A stretch of DNA of 24,000 bases from Thermodesulfobacteriota bacterium (GCA_034660135.1 JAYEIR010000165.1:16291-40290); one strand, 5' to 3'. Positions 1 to 9,911 are shown, counted from the stretch's first letter. Numbers and translations are program-made. Notes: generated by a model from the letters alone, not told the origin.

Positions 1-717
<717 letters not shown>

Positions 718-764
718 ATAAAACTATTCCATTTATGCCCTTTGTTTGCATTCTCTGTATTTTA

Positions 765-806
765 AGTTTATTGAGTTTATTGAGTTTATTGAGTTTATTG
801 AGTTTT
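765..806 (+). repeat. Tandem 9-mer (AGTTTATTG) x4 plus a partial unit in the 23S-5S spacer
   Basis: Direct reading gives AGTTTATTG at 765-773, 774-782, 783-791 and 792-800, then AGTTTT. Confidence 0.95.
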
Positions 807-853
807 GACACAAGAAACACATCAAACCCGATAACCCCGTGACGCTTACAGTT

Positions 854-971
<118 letters not shown>

Positions 972-981
972 TTTATTTAAA

Positions 982-1009
982 AGCCCTTCGTTCTGCGAGG
1001 GGCTTTTTT
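982..1009. terminator. Hairpin terminator after 5S, probably bidirectional (also serves convergent pcm)
   Basis: GCCCTTCG / CGAGGGGC forms an 8-bp stem with one G-U pair and loop TTCTG. It is followed by TTTTTT on the + strand and by TTTTAAATAAA on the - strand. Confidence 0.7.
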
Positions 1010-1024
1010 GTCCCTGGGAATACC

Positions 1025-1678
1025 CTAATCCATCCAACCATGACGGCCTACCAAATCCACAAACCTGCAACCGCCAAGTTCTTTTTGGATATAATTCCGT
1101 TTTTGCCTCGTCACCTTAATGAGTTCCTGGCTGGACTTGTTACCCACAGGAATGATAAGCCGGCCCCCGTCTGCAAGCTGATCAAGAAAGGGTTGGGGAA
1201 TCTTGGGCGCTCCGGCAGTGACAATAATGGCATCATAAGGTTCATATTCCTTCCAGCCAATTGTCCCGTCAAATACTTTGAATAGAATGTTATGATAACC
1301 AAGTTCGGAAAGAATTTTCCTTGCCTTGACCATATGTGGCCTGATCCTTTCAATGGTGTAGACTTTATTGGACAATTCAGCCAAAATGGCTGTCTGGTAT
1401 CCGCTGCCCGTGCCTATTTCAAGCGTTTTTTCTTTCCCGGTAAGATCGAGAGCCTCGGTCATGTAGGCAACTATGTAAGGTTGGGATATAGTCTGTCTAT
1501 GCCCGATTGGTAATGGCCTGTCGCTATATGCCTCTCTTACAAGGGCCTCTTCAACAAATCGCTCCCTGGGGATTTCACCCATAACTGCCAAAACTCGAGA
1601 ATCGCTTATCCCACGCGCGATGAGTTGACTCTTGACCATTTTCTGCCTGGGCAGGCGGTAATTCAAAATATGTTTCAT
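1025..1678 (-). CDS. pcm: Protein-L-isoaspartate O-methyltransferase
   Basis: The ORF translation carries the SAM-binding [12 protein letters not shown] motif plus PIMT-typical [13 protein letters not shown] and [30 protein letters not shown]. The ORF-track start (1687) is a TTG. I set the start at the first ATG (1676-1678), and the ATG at 1637-1639 is an alternative. Confidence 0.9.
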   Translation of the reverse strand: MKHILNYRLPRQKMVKSQLIARGISDSRVLAVMGEIPRERFVEEALVREAYSDRPLPIGHRQTISQPYIVAYMTEALDLTGKEKTLEIGTGSGYQTAILAELSNKVYTIERIRPHMVKARKILSELGYHNILFKVFDGTIGWKEYEPYDAIIVTAGAPKIPQPFLDQLADGGRLIIPVGNKSSQELIKVTRQKRNYIQKELGGCRFVDLVGRHGWMD

Positions 1679-1779
1679 GCTACTCAAAAGTTTGATTGTA
1701 ACTGGTCAGGTTACAGGTTATTAGCCTGAAGGATAATGCCGTTAGCCTATCCACCTGAGTAGAGCATTTTAAAATAGAT

Positions 1780-1823
1780 CCCTCTGTCCTTTATCCAGGT
1801 GGAAGCCATAATTAGAATTGCTG
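1780..1823 (+). repeat. Dispersed intergenic element, copy 1 (CCCTCTGTC...GGAAGCCATAATTAGAATTGCTG)
   Basis: It shares GGAAG(C/A)CA(T/C)(A/G)ATTAGAATTGCTG with 4604-4626 and 7501-7523. It also shares the upstream CCCTCTGTC box with 4590-4598. Confidence 0.85.
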
Positions 1824-1907
1824 TTAAATTAGACTTCTAATACCATATTTTGATTACGTTGGCATATTGAATAATCAGGTCTTTCAAATGTTTTTTGATT
1901 CAACCCC

Positions 1908-1935
1908 TTGACATCTGACAGGCTGTTGTTAATTT
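1908..1935 (+). promoter_or_regulatory. Candidate sigma70-type promoter (TTGACA-N16-TAATTT) carrying a 16-mer shared with 14676-14691
   Basis: TTGACA lies at 1908-1913 and TAATTT at 1930-1935. TTGACATCTGACAGGC matches 14676-14691 at 15 of 16 positions. It is ~330 nt upstream of groES, so the target is uncertain. Confidence 0.3.
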
Positions 1936-2177
1936 TCAGGAGTTGAGTTCTACAGATCCCATGCCTTGAAATGAGTTCAATTCACAGGGAAAGAGAAATT
2001 ATTTGTTTCAGTTGGACAGTCAGTTTTAGCCATTTTTTAGAACTCCGTATCCGTGAGCTGCCCCCGGAATTGTTTGGCTATATTGTATTTTGGAATCAAA
2101 CACCATTCAATCAATTATGATGCTTTCATAAGAAGGCCATCATCATAGGACGGTACAGTAAGAAGTTCCAAATGAAA

Positions 2178-2204
2178 GTTGAGCTTTGCGCAATCCCGCC
2201 ATGG
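2178..2204 (+). promoter_or_regulatory. Candidate sigma32-like heat-shock promoter for groESL
   Basis: GTTGAG-N13-CGCCATGG resembles the E. coli sigma32 pattern CTTGAA-N13/14-CCCCATNT. It lies ~65 nt upstream of the groES ATG. The match is imperfect. Confidence 0.3.
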
Positions 2205-2268
2205 CAATACAGATGGACTTTTTACAAACCTAATTATAATTTATTAATATTGGGAGGAGACATTTAAG

Positions 2269-2556
2269 ATGAAAGTGAGACCGCTGCATGATCGTGTAAT
2301 CGTACAAAGGATTGAAGAGGAGCAAAAAACAAAAGGTGGAATTATCATTCCCGACACTGCAAAAGAGAAGCCGGTAGAAGGAAAGATCGTTGCTATTGGT
2401 AACGGCAAGGTGCTTGAAAACGGAACCAAGATCCCGCTTGAAGTCAAGGAAGGACAAAAGGTCCTTTTCGGAAAATATGCTGGGACGGAAATCAACATTG
2501 ATGGTGAAGAACACCTGATCATGAAAGAAGATGATATCATTGCTATAATCGAATAA
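2269..2556 (+). CDS. groES: Co-chaperonin GroES (10 kDa)
   Basis: The 95-aa product reads [44 protein letters not shown], a classic Cpn10. GGGAGGAG lies upstream of the ATG. Confidence 0.97.
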   Translation: MKVRPLHDRVIVQRIEEEQKTKGGIIIPDTAKEKPVEGKIVAIGNGKVLENGTKIPLEVKEGQKVLFGKYAGTEINIDGEEHLIMKEDDIIAIIE

Positions 2557-2634
2557 ATGTTATCTGAGGAGGCAGTTTCAAAATGTTCAATTTTGCATGC
2601 CCTGTTAAATCTGCTATTATATTTAACTCGGTCC

Positions 2635-2730
2635 AAGGTCAAGGAAGGCGAAAATTTTAACCATAGGAATATTGTTGAATATTTCGATGATTAATATTTG
2701 AGCCTCATAAAGATTGGGCAAAAGTGGGCG
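2635..2730 (+). repeat. ~95-nt repeat element (family C), copy A, inside the groES-groEL spacer
   Basis: It aligns with 21180-21275. AAGGTCAAGGAA is identical (12 nt), as are ATTTTAACCA (10), AGGAATAT (8), TTGAATATTTCGA (13) and GATTAA (6). A looser AGATTG..AAAA tail follows. Confidence 0.8.
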
Positions 2731-2748
2731 TTTTGAAATTGCCTCTGA

Positions 2749-4455
<1,707 letters not shown>

Positions 4456-4522
4456 ATACATTCTCTGCTCATGACACACAAAATGACAGGGTCTTGTCCC
4501 GTCATTGAACTAAAAAACAAGA

Positions 4523-4571
4523 TTGTATCCGGAAAACACGAGCTTTTCTTTCTGGATACAATCTTTTTTTT
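4523..4571 (+). terminator. Rho-independent terminator downstream of groEL
   Basis: TTGTATCCGGAAAA pairs with TTTCTGGATACAA as an imperfect stem and is followed by T9 at 4563-4571. Confidence 0.7.
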
Positions 4572-4589
4572 GCCTGATAGACCGCACTG

Positions 4590-4626
4590 CCCTCTGTCGA
4601 AGCGGAAGCCATGATTAGAATTGCTG
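4590..4626 (+). repeat. Dispersed intergenic element, copy 2 (CCCTCTGTC..GGAAGCCATGATTAGAATTGCTG)
   Basis: Same family as 1780-1823. It lies between the groEL terminator and the epimerase gene. Confidence 0.85.
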
Positions 4627-4825
4627 GAATTTTGTGGCCTTTGTTTTGCGTTTTTGATATGAAACCAGAGTGCATGATGCATGCAAAAATCCCAAGGAGC
4701 AGGGACAAAGGTCAGCGAGTGCTTGCTGTTCTTGTGGCCGCGTCGCTTTTTTGGGGGTCATAAACTGAACGACCCTCGCATATAAGACGAGGGGTTTCAA
4801 CCATCCACGAGAGAGACACTGATCA

Positions 4826-5806
4826 ATGGAAGTTATCATGGCAAGGAATAATAAAGTCGTATTGGTAACCGGATCCGCGGGGTTCATCGGGTTTCATTTG
4901 TCCAGGAGACTGCTCGAGATGGGACATAAGGTTGTTGGGGTTGACAACCTGAACAGATACTACGATGTCAACCTCAAGACAAGCAGGTTGGAGATCCTGA
5001 AATCGTTTCGAAACTTTATGTTCCACAGAGAGGACATTCAGGACCTCGGCGCCCTTAAAGATATTTTCCGACAAAGCCATATCGACATTATTTGCAACCT
5101 TGCTGCCCAGGCTGGTGTCAGATATTCTCTGAAGGACCCGTTTTCTTATCAAAAGAGTAACCTGGAAGGGTTTCTAAATCTCCTCGAGCTGGCCAGGGAA
5201 TACCCCGTGAAGAATTTCGTGTACGCGTCCTCATCGTCCGTCTATGGACAGAACAATACACCCCCCTTTAGTGTCGATGACAGGGTTGACAGTCCTATTT
5301 CTCTTTATGCGGCCACCAAGAAGGCCAATGAATTGATTGCCCACTCTTACAGCCACTTATACGAGATACCATGCACAGGGCTTAGGTTTTTCACTGTCTA
5401 CGGCCCATGGGGCCGGCCGGACATGGCCCTGTTTCTCTTTACTGATGCCATTTTGAAGAAAAAGCCAATAAACGTTTACAATTACGGGAAAATGAAAAGG
5501 GACTTCACATTTATTGACGATATCATAGACGGCACGATCGCGGCAATTGAGAGGCCTGCGCCCTGTGAAATCTTCAACCTTGGCAATTCCGAATCAGTGT
5601 CTCTCCTGGATTTTATTCACATAATAGAACAAGAAATAGGACAGGAGGCCGAAAAAAACATGATGCCCATGCAGCCTGGCGATGTGGCAGAAACAGCAGC
5701 AGATATCCGAAAATCAAGAGAACTCCTGGGTTTTGATCCCAAGACCTCGCTTCATGAGGGAGTCAGGAAATTTATAGCGTGGTACCAGGAGTATTACAAA
5801 ATTTAG
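4826..5806 (+). CDS. NAD-dependent epimerase/dehydratase, UDP-glucuronate 4-epimerase-like
   Basis: It has the Rossmann motif VTGSAGFIGFH and the catalytic YxxxK (YAATKKANE). YASSSSVYG and RFFTVYGPWGRPDMA are typical of the GAE/Cap1J-type extended SDR subfamily. The ATG at 4838 is an alternative start. Confidence 0.85.
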   Translation: MEVIMARNNKVVLVTGSAGFIGFHLSRRLLEMGHKVVGVDNLNRYYDVNLKTSRLEILKSFRNFMFHREDIQDLGALKDIFRQSHIDIICNLAAQAGVRYSLKDPFSYQKSNLEGFLNLLELAREYPVKNFVYASSSSVYGQNNTPPFSVDDRVDSPISLYAATKKANELIAHSYSHLYEIPCTGLRFFTVYGPWGRPDMALFLFTDAILKKKPINVYNYGKMKRDFTFIDDIIDGTIAAIERPAPCEIFNLGNSESVSLLDFIHIIEQEIGQEAEKNMMPMQPGDVAETAADIRKSRELLGFDPKTSLHEGVRKFIAWYQEYYKI

Positions 5807-5876
5807 TTTAATTTCCCAATCTTTCAATAACTCTTTTTGCTCCCAACTCCCCTTCCCTACCAACCTCAGTACTCAC

Positions 5877-7280
5877 TCAAAAACTCACGTTTCCAGGTGT
5901 CCTTGGAAAAGGAATTACATCCCTGATATTTGAAAGGCCTGTCACGAACTGGATCAGGCGCTCAAATCCCAGTCCAAATCCAGCATGCGGGGCAGAACCA
6001 AATTTTCTCAGATCCAGGTACCACCAGTAATCATCCGGATTCAGACCCATCTCCTTAATCCGCTGCAAGAGTGTGTCGTAGTTGTCTTCTCGCTGGCTGC
6101 CACCGATAATTTCTCCGATCTTGGGCACTAACACATCCATGGCACGTACGGTCTTTTGATCTTTGTTCACTTTCATGTAAAAGGCCTTCAGGTCTTTGGG
6201 ATAATCCACCACAATTATCGGTTTTTTGAATACCTTTTCGCACAGGTACCTCTCGTGTTCAGACTGCAGATCATCCCCCCAGCTCACAGTAAATTCGAAC
6301 TTTTCATTAGCTTTTTCGAGAAATCCTACGGCTTCCGTGTATGTAATGGACTCAAAATCATGCAGGACCAAACTCTCCAGGGTCTCGATGACAGTATGAT
6401 CAATAAATCGATCAAAAAACTCAATGTCTTCTTTGCAGTTTTCCAAGACGTAACCGAAAATATGTTTTAAGAAATCAACTGCAAGACCCATATTATCCTC
6501 CAGGTCACAAAAGGCCATCTCCGGCTCAACCATCCAGAATTCCGCAAGGTGACGAGAAGTGTTTGAGTTCTCAGCCCTGAAGGTAGGACCGAAAGTATAC
6601 ACATCTCCCATAGCAAGGGCATAGATTTCTGCTTCAAGTTGCCCGCTGACGGTCAGAGTTGCGGGATCCCCGAAGAAATCCTTGGTAAAATCGGCTCTTC
6701 CATCCTTCTTGGGGATCTGATCCAGATCGAGAGTGGTCACCTTGAACATCTCCCCCGCACCCTCACAGTCACTGCCCGCAATAATGGGCGTATGGATATA
6801 GATAAAACCTCTGTCCTGAAAAAACGAATGAATGGCACAGCTCATAGCATTCCGCACCCTTGCAACCGCACTAAAAGTATTGGTCCTGGGTCTCAAATGT
6901 GCGATTGTTCGCAGGAATTCAAAGGAATGCCGTTTTTTCTGGAGTGGATAAATAGATGGATCAGCCCAGCCCAGGACCTCGATCTCCTCGGTCTTGAGCT
7001 CCACCTTTTGGCCCTTGCCCGGAGACTCGGACAAAATGCCCAAGGCCTTAATGGAACAACCTGTCTGCAATCTGATGACCTCGTCTTCATAATTAGGCAG
7101 TGTCCTGTCAGCCATGATTTGTAAACCGCTCAGACAAGATCCGTCATTAATGTCAATAAAAGAAAACCCTCCCTTGGAATCTCTCCTTGTCCTTACCCAA
7201 CCCATTACCATGAACCGGGATCCAACCTTTCCAGATGCGAGGATTTCAAAAATCCTCGTTCTTTTCAAAATCGATTTCAT
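5877..7280 (-). CDS. asnS: Asparagine--tRNA ligase
   Basis: Class II aaRS motifs are present: [30 protein letters not shown] and [13 protein letters not shown] moved the start to ATG 7278-7280 (MKSILKRT...), which has AAGGGG 7 nt upstream. The 65-codon extension in the ORF track (to 7475) runs into promoter/repeat DNA and is Cys/Arg-rich junk. Confidence 0.93.
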   Translation of the reverse strand: MKSILKRTRIFEILASGKVGSRFMVMGWVRTRRDSKGGFSFIDINDGSCLSGLQIMADRTLPNYEDEVIRLQTGCSIKALGILSESPGKGQKVELKTEEIEVLGWADPSIYPLQKKRHSFEFLRTIAHLRPRTNTFSAVARVRNAMSCAIHSFFQDRGFIYIHTPIIAGSDCEGAGEMFKVTTLDLDQIPKKDGRADFTKDFFGDPATLTVSGQLEAEIYALAMGDVYTFGPTFRAENSNTSRHLAEFWMVEPEMAFCDLEDNMGLAVDFLKHIFGYVLENCKEDIEFFDRFIDHTVIETLESLVLHDFESITYTEAVGFLEKANEKFEFTVSWGDDLQSEHERYLCEKVFKKPIIVVDYPKDLKAFYMKVNKDQKTVRAMDVLVPKIGEIIGGSQREDNYDTLLQRIKEMGLNPDDYWWYLDLRKFGSAPHAGFGLGFERLIQFVTGLSNIRDVIPFPRTPGNVSF

Positions 7281-7470
7281 CTCAAAACCCCTTTTCTCGG
7301 CTCTTATACAGCCTGTCGAACATATTGTTATGCAAACTTTTTGACACCTATCCCTAAAAGCAAAGAGAGCTAATGTCAAGGCATTTGTCCTCGTAATTCC
7401 ACATGCTTCTGTTCGATAGCGCTTGCTTTTTAATTCCACCCGCCGCTTTATACAACACCCAAATCTTGCC

Positions 7471-7523
7471 GGCAATTCTAATTTTAACCTCTATCTAAGT
7501 GGAAGACACAATTAGAATTGCTG
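7471..7523. repeat. Complete palindromic copy of the dispersed element (copy 3)
   Basis: GCAATTCTAATT (7472-7483) is the exact reverse complement of AATTAGAATTGC (7510-7521), with a 26-nt centre. The right half matches the family-1 copies. The left half, read on the - strand (AGAGGTTAAAATTAGAATTGCC), matches the family-2 copies at 8568-8590 and 23363-23385. Confidence 0.9.
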
Positions 7524-7554
7524 AAATTTTACAAACATGTTGGACATAAAATGC

Positions 7555-7583
7555 TTGACATGGAAATTTTACTTTGCTAAAAG
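7555..7583 (+). promoter_or_regulatory. Candidate promoter for the ferredoxin gene (TTGACA-N17-TAAAAG with an upstream TG)
   Basis: TTGACA lies at 7555-7560 and TGCTAAAAG at 7575-7583, ~70 nt upstream of the ATG at 7652. Confidence 0.35.
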
Positions 7584-7651
7584 TCCGTCTGGTTAGTTTG
7601 AGCGTATTTATTTAAGCATTTTTATATTTATAATTCAGGAGGATAGGGTAT

Positions 7652-7840
7652 ATGGGCTACGAAGTAGTGGTTGACGCTGAAAAATGTATAGGTTGTGAAG
7701 AGTGTATTGAGGTCTGTCCCGTGGACGTCTATGAGATGAAGGATGAAAAATCGGTCCCGGTTAATGGGGAAGAATGCCTCGGATGCGAAAGCTGTATAGA
7801 AGTGTGTGAACAGGAGGCAATTACAGTCACCGAGGTATAA
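7652..7840 (+). CDS. 2x[4Fe-4S] ferredoxin (62 aa)
   Basis: It has two cluster motifs, CIGCEECIEVCP and CLGCESCIEVCE. AGGAGGA lies 8 nt upstream of the ATG. Confidence 0.88.
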   Translation: MGYEVVVDAEKCIGCEECIEVCPVDVYEMKDEKSVPVNGEECLGCESCIEVCEQEAITVTEV

Positions 7841-7911
7841 TCCTTTCGAATTACCCTGGGCGGCGTTTCATCTGTGTATCAGGTCAGTGCTCCTTATTGT
7901 CACAATCAAAC

Positions 7912-7946
7912 AAAAAAGCCGCCCTTATTTGAAGGGCGGCTTTTTT
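7912..7946. terminator. Bidirectional rho-independent terminator between convergent ferredoxin and cytochrome genes
   Basis: AAAAAAGCCGCCCTT-ATTTG-AAGGGCGGCTTTTTT forms a perfect 15-bp stem including the A/T tracts, so U-runs are produced on both strands. Confidence 0.9.
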
Positions 7947-7976
7947 GTTTGATGAAAGTTCACTCAAAAGATCAAA

Positions 7977-8402
7977 TCAGGATTTCTTTTGATGACACTT
8001 CGTACATTTTCTATATGGGGCATGTTTTGTCTTGTCGGCCTTACATATTTCTTTGTGGCAGATCTTGCAATTCCTGTGATAGGCCCTATTGAGTCTCATT
8101 ACCTTGCCCTGTTTTTTCAAAGGGTCATGGCATGCACTGCATTTCTTTACCGGATCCTCATCCTTCCAGACATTTTTACCATTCTGGTAATCATGATGGC
8201 AGTCGGTACAGGCGATTTTATAATCCACGATATGCTTTTTGTGGCTTAATAAAACCGGGCCCTTTCTGTCCCTCTTATAGGTTAAGTTTTGAATCAGAAC
8301 CTCATCCGGCGGAGCGACATCATTCGCACTCAGAATACCAACGGCCAAAAAAAACAGACCTGCAACCACAGGGATAAACAGGGTAAAAAATTTGTTCCTC
8401 AT
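7977..8402 (-). CDS. Tetraheme cytochrome c (class III / c3 family), secreted
   Basis: It has four CxxCH motifs (CTDCHH, CSACHD, CKICHK, CTKCHQ), extra His residues for bis-His ligation, and an N-terminal signal-like segment MRNKFFTLFIPVVAGLFFLAVGILSA. The start is set at ATG 8400-8402, with AAGGAGG 10 nt upstream. The ORF-track start at 8426 is a TTG overlapping that RBS. Confidence 0.82.
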   Translation of the reverse strand: MRNKFFTLFIPVVAGLFFLAVGILSANDVAPPDEVLIQNLTYKRDRKGPVLLSHKKHIVDYKIACTDCHHDYQNGKNVWKDEDPVKKCSACHDPLKKQGKVMRLNRAYHRNCKICHKEICKADKTKHAPYRKCTKCHQKKS

Positions 8403-8492
8403 TTCGGCTTTTACCTCCTTTAACAATAAAATAGGGGCCTCCTCACAATAAGGGGCTGGATTCGCTAACTACTAATTCTCTGTTTATTCTAA

Positions 8493-8521
8493 ATATAGTA
8501 AGCAGGGAGAGATGATGTCAA
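8493..8521 (-). promoter_or_regulatory. Candidate sigma70 promoter for the cytochrome c gene (TTGACA-N17-CTATAT on the - strand)
   Basis: On the minus strand, TTGACA lies at 8521-8516 and CTATAT at 8498-8493. Confidence 0.4.
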
Positions 8522-8553
8522 GAAAATAAATTCACCTGCTGCTCCTGTCTTTC

Positions 8554-8590
8554 AGTTAGAAAGGTCTAAAGGTTAAAATTGGAATTGCTG
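8554..8590 (+). repeat. Dispersed intergenic element, copy 4 (..TTAGAAAGGTCTAAAGGTTAAAATTGGAATTGCTG)
   Basis: It matches 23347-23385 and the minus-strand arm of 7471-7523. It sits 18 nt upstream of a -35-like box. Confidence 0.85.
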
Positions 8591-8607
8591 TTACGTTAAA
8601 CTTTTGC

Positions 8608-8636
8608 TTGTCAGAACAACACTTAAGATTTATGAT
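8608..8636 (+). promoter_or_regulatory. Candidate sigma70 promoter for the COG1900 gene (TTGTCA-N17-TATGAT)
   Basis: TTGTCA lies at 8608-8613 and TATGAT at 8631-8636. The ORF-track start at 8608 is the TTG of this -35 box. Confidence 0.45.
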
Positions 8637-8670
8637 ATTTATTTATGTACTATTGGGAGGTCAACTGAGC

Positions 8671-9861
8671 ATGGCGCAAAAAAAGGTTTCCAGAACTATT
8701 GAAGAAATCAATCGCAAGATAAAACAAGGCAAGGTTGTTGTTGTTACAGCCGACGAGATGGCCCATATTGTCAAAAGAAAAGGGGCGAAAAGGGCAGCAC
8801 GAGAAGTTGATGTTGTCACCACAGGGACTTTCTCACCCATGTGTTCATCAGGGGCCTTTATCAACTTCGGCCATACCAAACCTGCAATCAAGGCGTCACG
8901 CGTATGGCTGAACGGGGTGTCAGCCTATGCGGGCCTGGCAGCCGTGGATGTCTATATCGGTGCCACTGAACCTTCCGAGGATGATCCCTTGAACAGAGTT
9001 CATCCCGGCCAATTCAAGTATGGCGGCGGCCACGTTATTCATGATCTTGTGGCAGGGAAAAAGGTGGATCTGCACGCCACTTCCTATGGTACCGACTGTT
9101 ACCCAAATACTGAGATCAGGAAAAAGATTTCCCTTGCTGACATGCCTTATGCCACGTTGTTAAATCCAAGGAACGCGTATCAGAATTATAACTGCGGAAT
9201 CAATTTGTCCAAGAAAACCATCTACACTTACATGGGGGTTATCAAGCCGAACGGCGGTAACGCCAACTATGCCACATCCGGCCAGTTGAGCCCCCTTTTC
9301 AATGACCCTTATTACCTTACACTGGGTCTGGGCACGCGGGTATTCATCGGTGGCGCCAAAGGTTATATTATAGGCCCTGGAACCCAGCACAACCCTTATG
9401 CAAGAAGAGGTGATAATGGTGTCCCGGTAGACCCGGGGGGGACATTGATGGTTATGGGTGACATGAAAGAGATGGATCCCAAATGGATTGCAGGTGTCAG
9501 CATGCTCGGCTATGGTTGTTCCATGGCGGTCGGCCTTGGGGTTCCCATACCAATACTCAATGAAGAAATGGCACGTTTCACAGGCATATCCGATGAAGAC
9601 ATTTACACTCAGGTGATTGATTACGGCAACGATTATCCAAAAGGAAAGGCAACCAGTCTTGCTCAAGTAAGTTATGCGGAACTGAAGAGCGGTATGATAC
9701 GATTCAACGGCCGGGATGTCCCGACAGTACCCATATCTTCATATGTAAGGGCCCTTGAGATCGCCCATATCTTGAAAGAATGGATCGAAAAAGGCGAGTT
9801 CCTGCTCACACAACCACAGGATATGCTTCCTTCACCGATTCGGAATGGAACAGAATATTAA
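8671..9861 (+). CDS. COG1900/DUF39 (HcyBio) family protein, putative sulfur-incorporating homocysteine biosynthesis enzyme
   Basis: The strings KVVVVTADEM, VDVVTTGTFSPMCSSGAFINFGH and GVSAYAGLAAVDVYIG are as I remember for the archaeal/anaerobe COG1900 family. The start is set at ATG 8671 (MAQKKV...), with GGGAGG at 8655-8660. Confidence 0.75.
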   Translation: MAQKKVSRTIEEINRKIKQGKVVVVTADEMAHIVKRKGAKRAAREVDVVTTGTFSPMCSSGAFINFGHTKPAIKASRVWLNGVSAYAGLAAVDVYIGATEPSEDDPLNRVHPGQFKYGGGHVIHDLVAGKKVDLHATSYGTDCYPNTEIRKKISLADMPYATLLNPRNAYQNYNCGINLSKKTIYTYMGVIKPNGGNANYATSGQLSPLFNDPYYLTLGLGTRVFIGGAKGYIIGPGTQHNPYARRGDNGVPVDPGGTLMVMGDMKEMDPKWIAGVSMLGYGCSMAVGLGVPIPILNEEMARFTGISDEDIYTQVIDYGNDYPKGKATSLAQVSYAELKSGMIRFNGRDVPTVPISSYVRALEIAHILKEWIEKGEFLLTQPQDMLPSPIRNGTEY

Positions 9862-9911
9862 TTCCGATTACCAGAAACGATTCTCATTGGGAATAATGTT
9901 GAGCAGACAAT

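Noticed and set aside
1801-1823. Sigma54 (-24/-12) promoter interpretation of the ...TTGCTG motif copies
   Set aside because: There is no TGGCAC-like -24 element at the required spacing. In every copy the positions 11-16 nt upstream of TTGC are A/T-rich (CATAAT / AAAATT).
2444-2465. Similarity between groES coding sequence GTCAAGGAAGGACAAAAGG and the start of repeat element C (GTCAAGGAAGGCGAAAATT, 2638-2656)
   Set aside because: The match is short (~15 of 19) and purine-rich, and it falls in a conserved GroES codon block (EVKEGQK). It is most likely coincidence. The second element copy (21183-21201) is not next to groES.
4659-4763. 34-codon ORF (MKPECMMHAKIPRSRDKGQRVLAVLVAASLFWGS) between groEL and the epimerase gene
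   Set aside because: It has no Shine-Dalgarno and no recognisable motif, and it is too short to judge by composition. I kept it only as a note.
7281-7470. T-box leader upstream of asnS (GGGTGGAA-like string on the minus strand at ~7433-7440), and likewise upstream of valS
   Set aside because: Only a partial resemblance to the T-box core (GGGTGGTACCGCG) is present. No specifier loop and no terminator/antiterminator arrangement is visible.
7281-7475. 65-codon N-terminal extension of asnS in the ORF track
   Set aside because: The extension is Cys/Arg-rich, overlaps the palindromic repeat element and has no SD. The internal ATG at 7278-7280 has an SD and gives a normal AsnRS N-terminus.
9160-9666. 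168-aa minus-strand ORF opposite the COG1900 gene, and similar antisense ORFs within valS, TolC, traB and asnS
   Set aside because: Each is fully embedded antisense in a confidently identified gene, and none has an independent signal.
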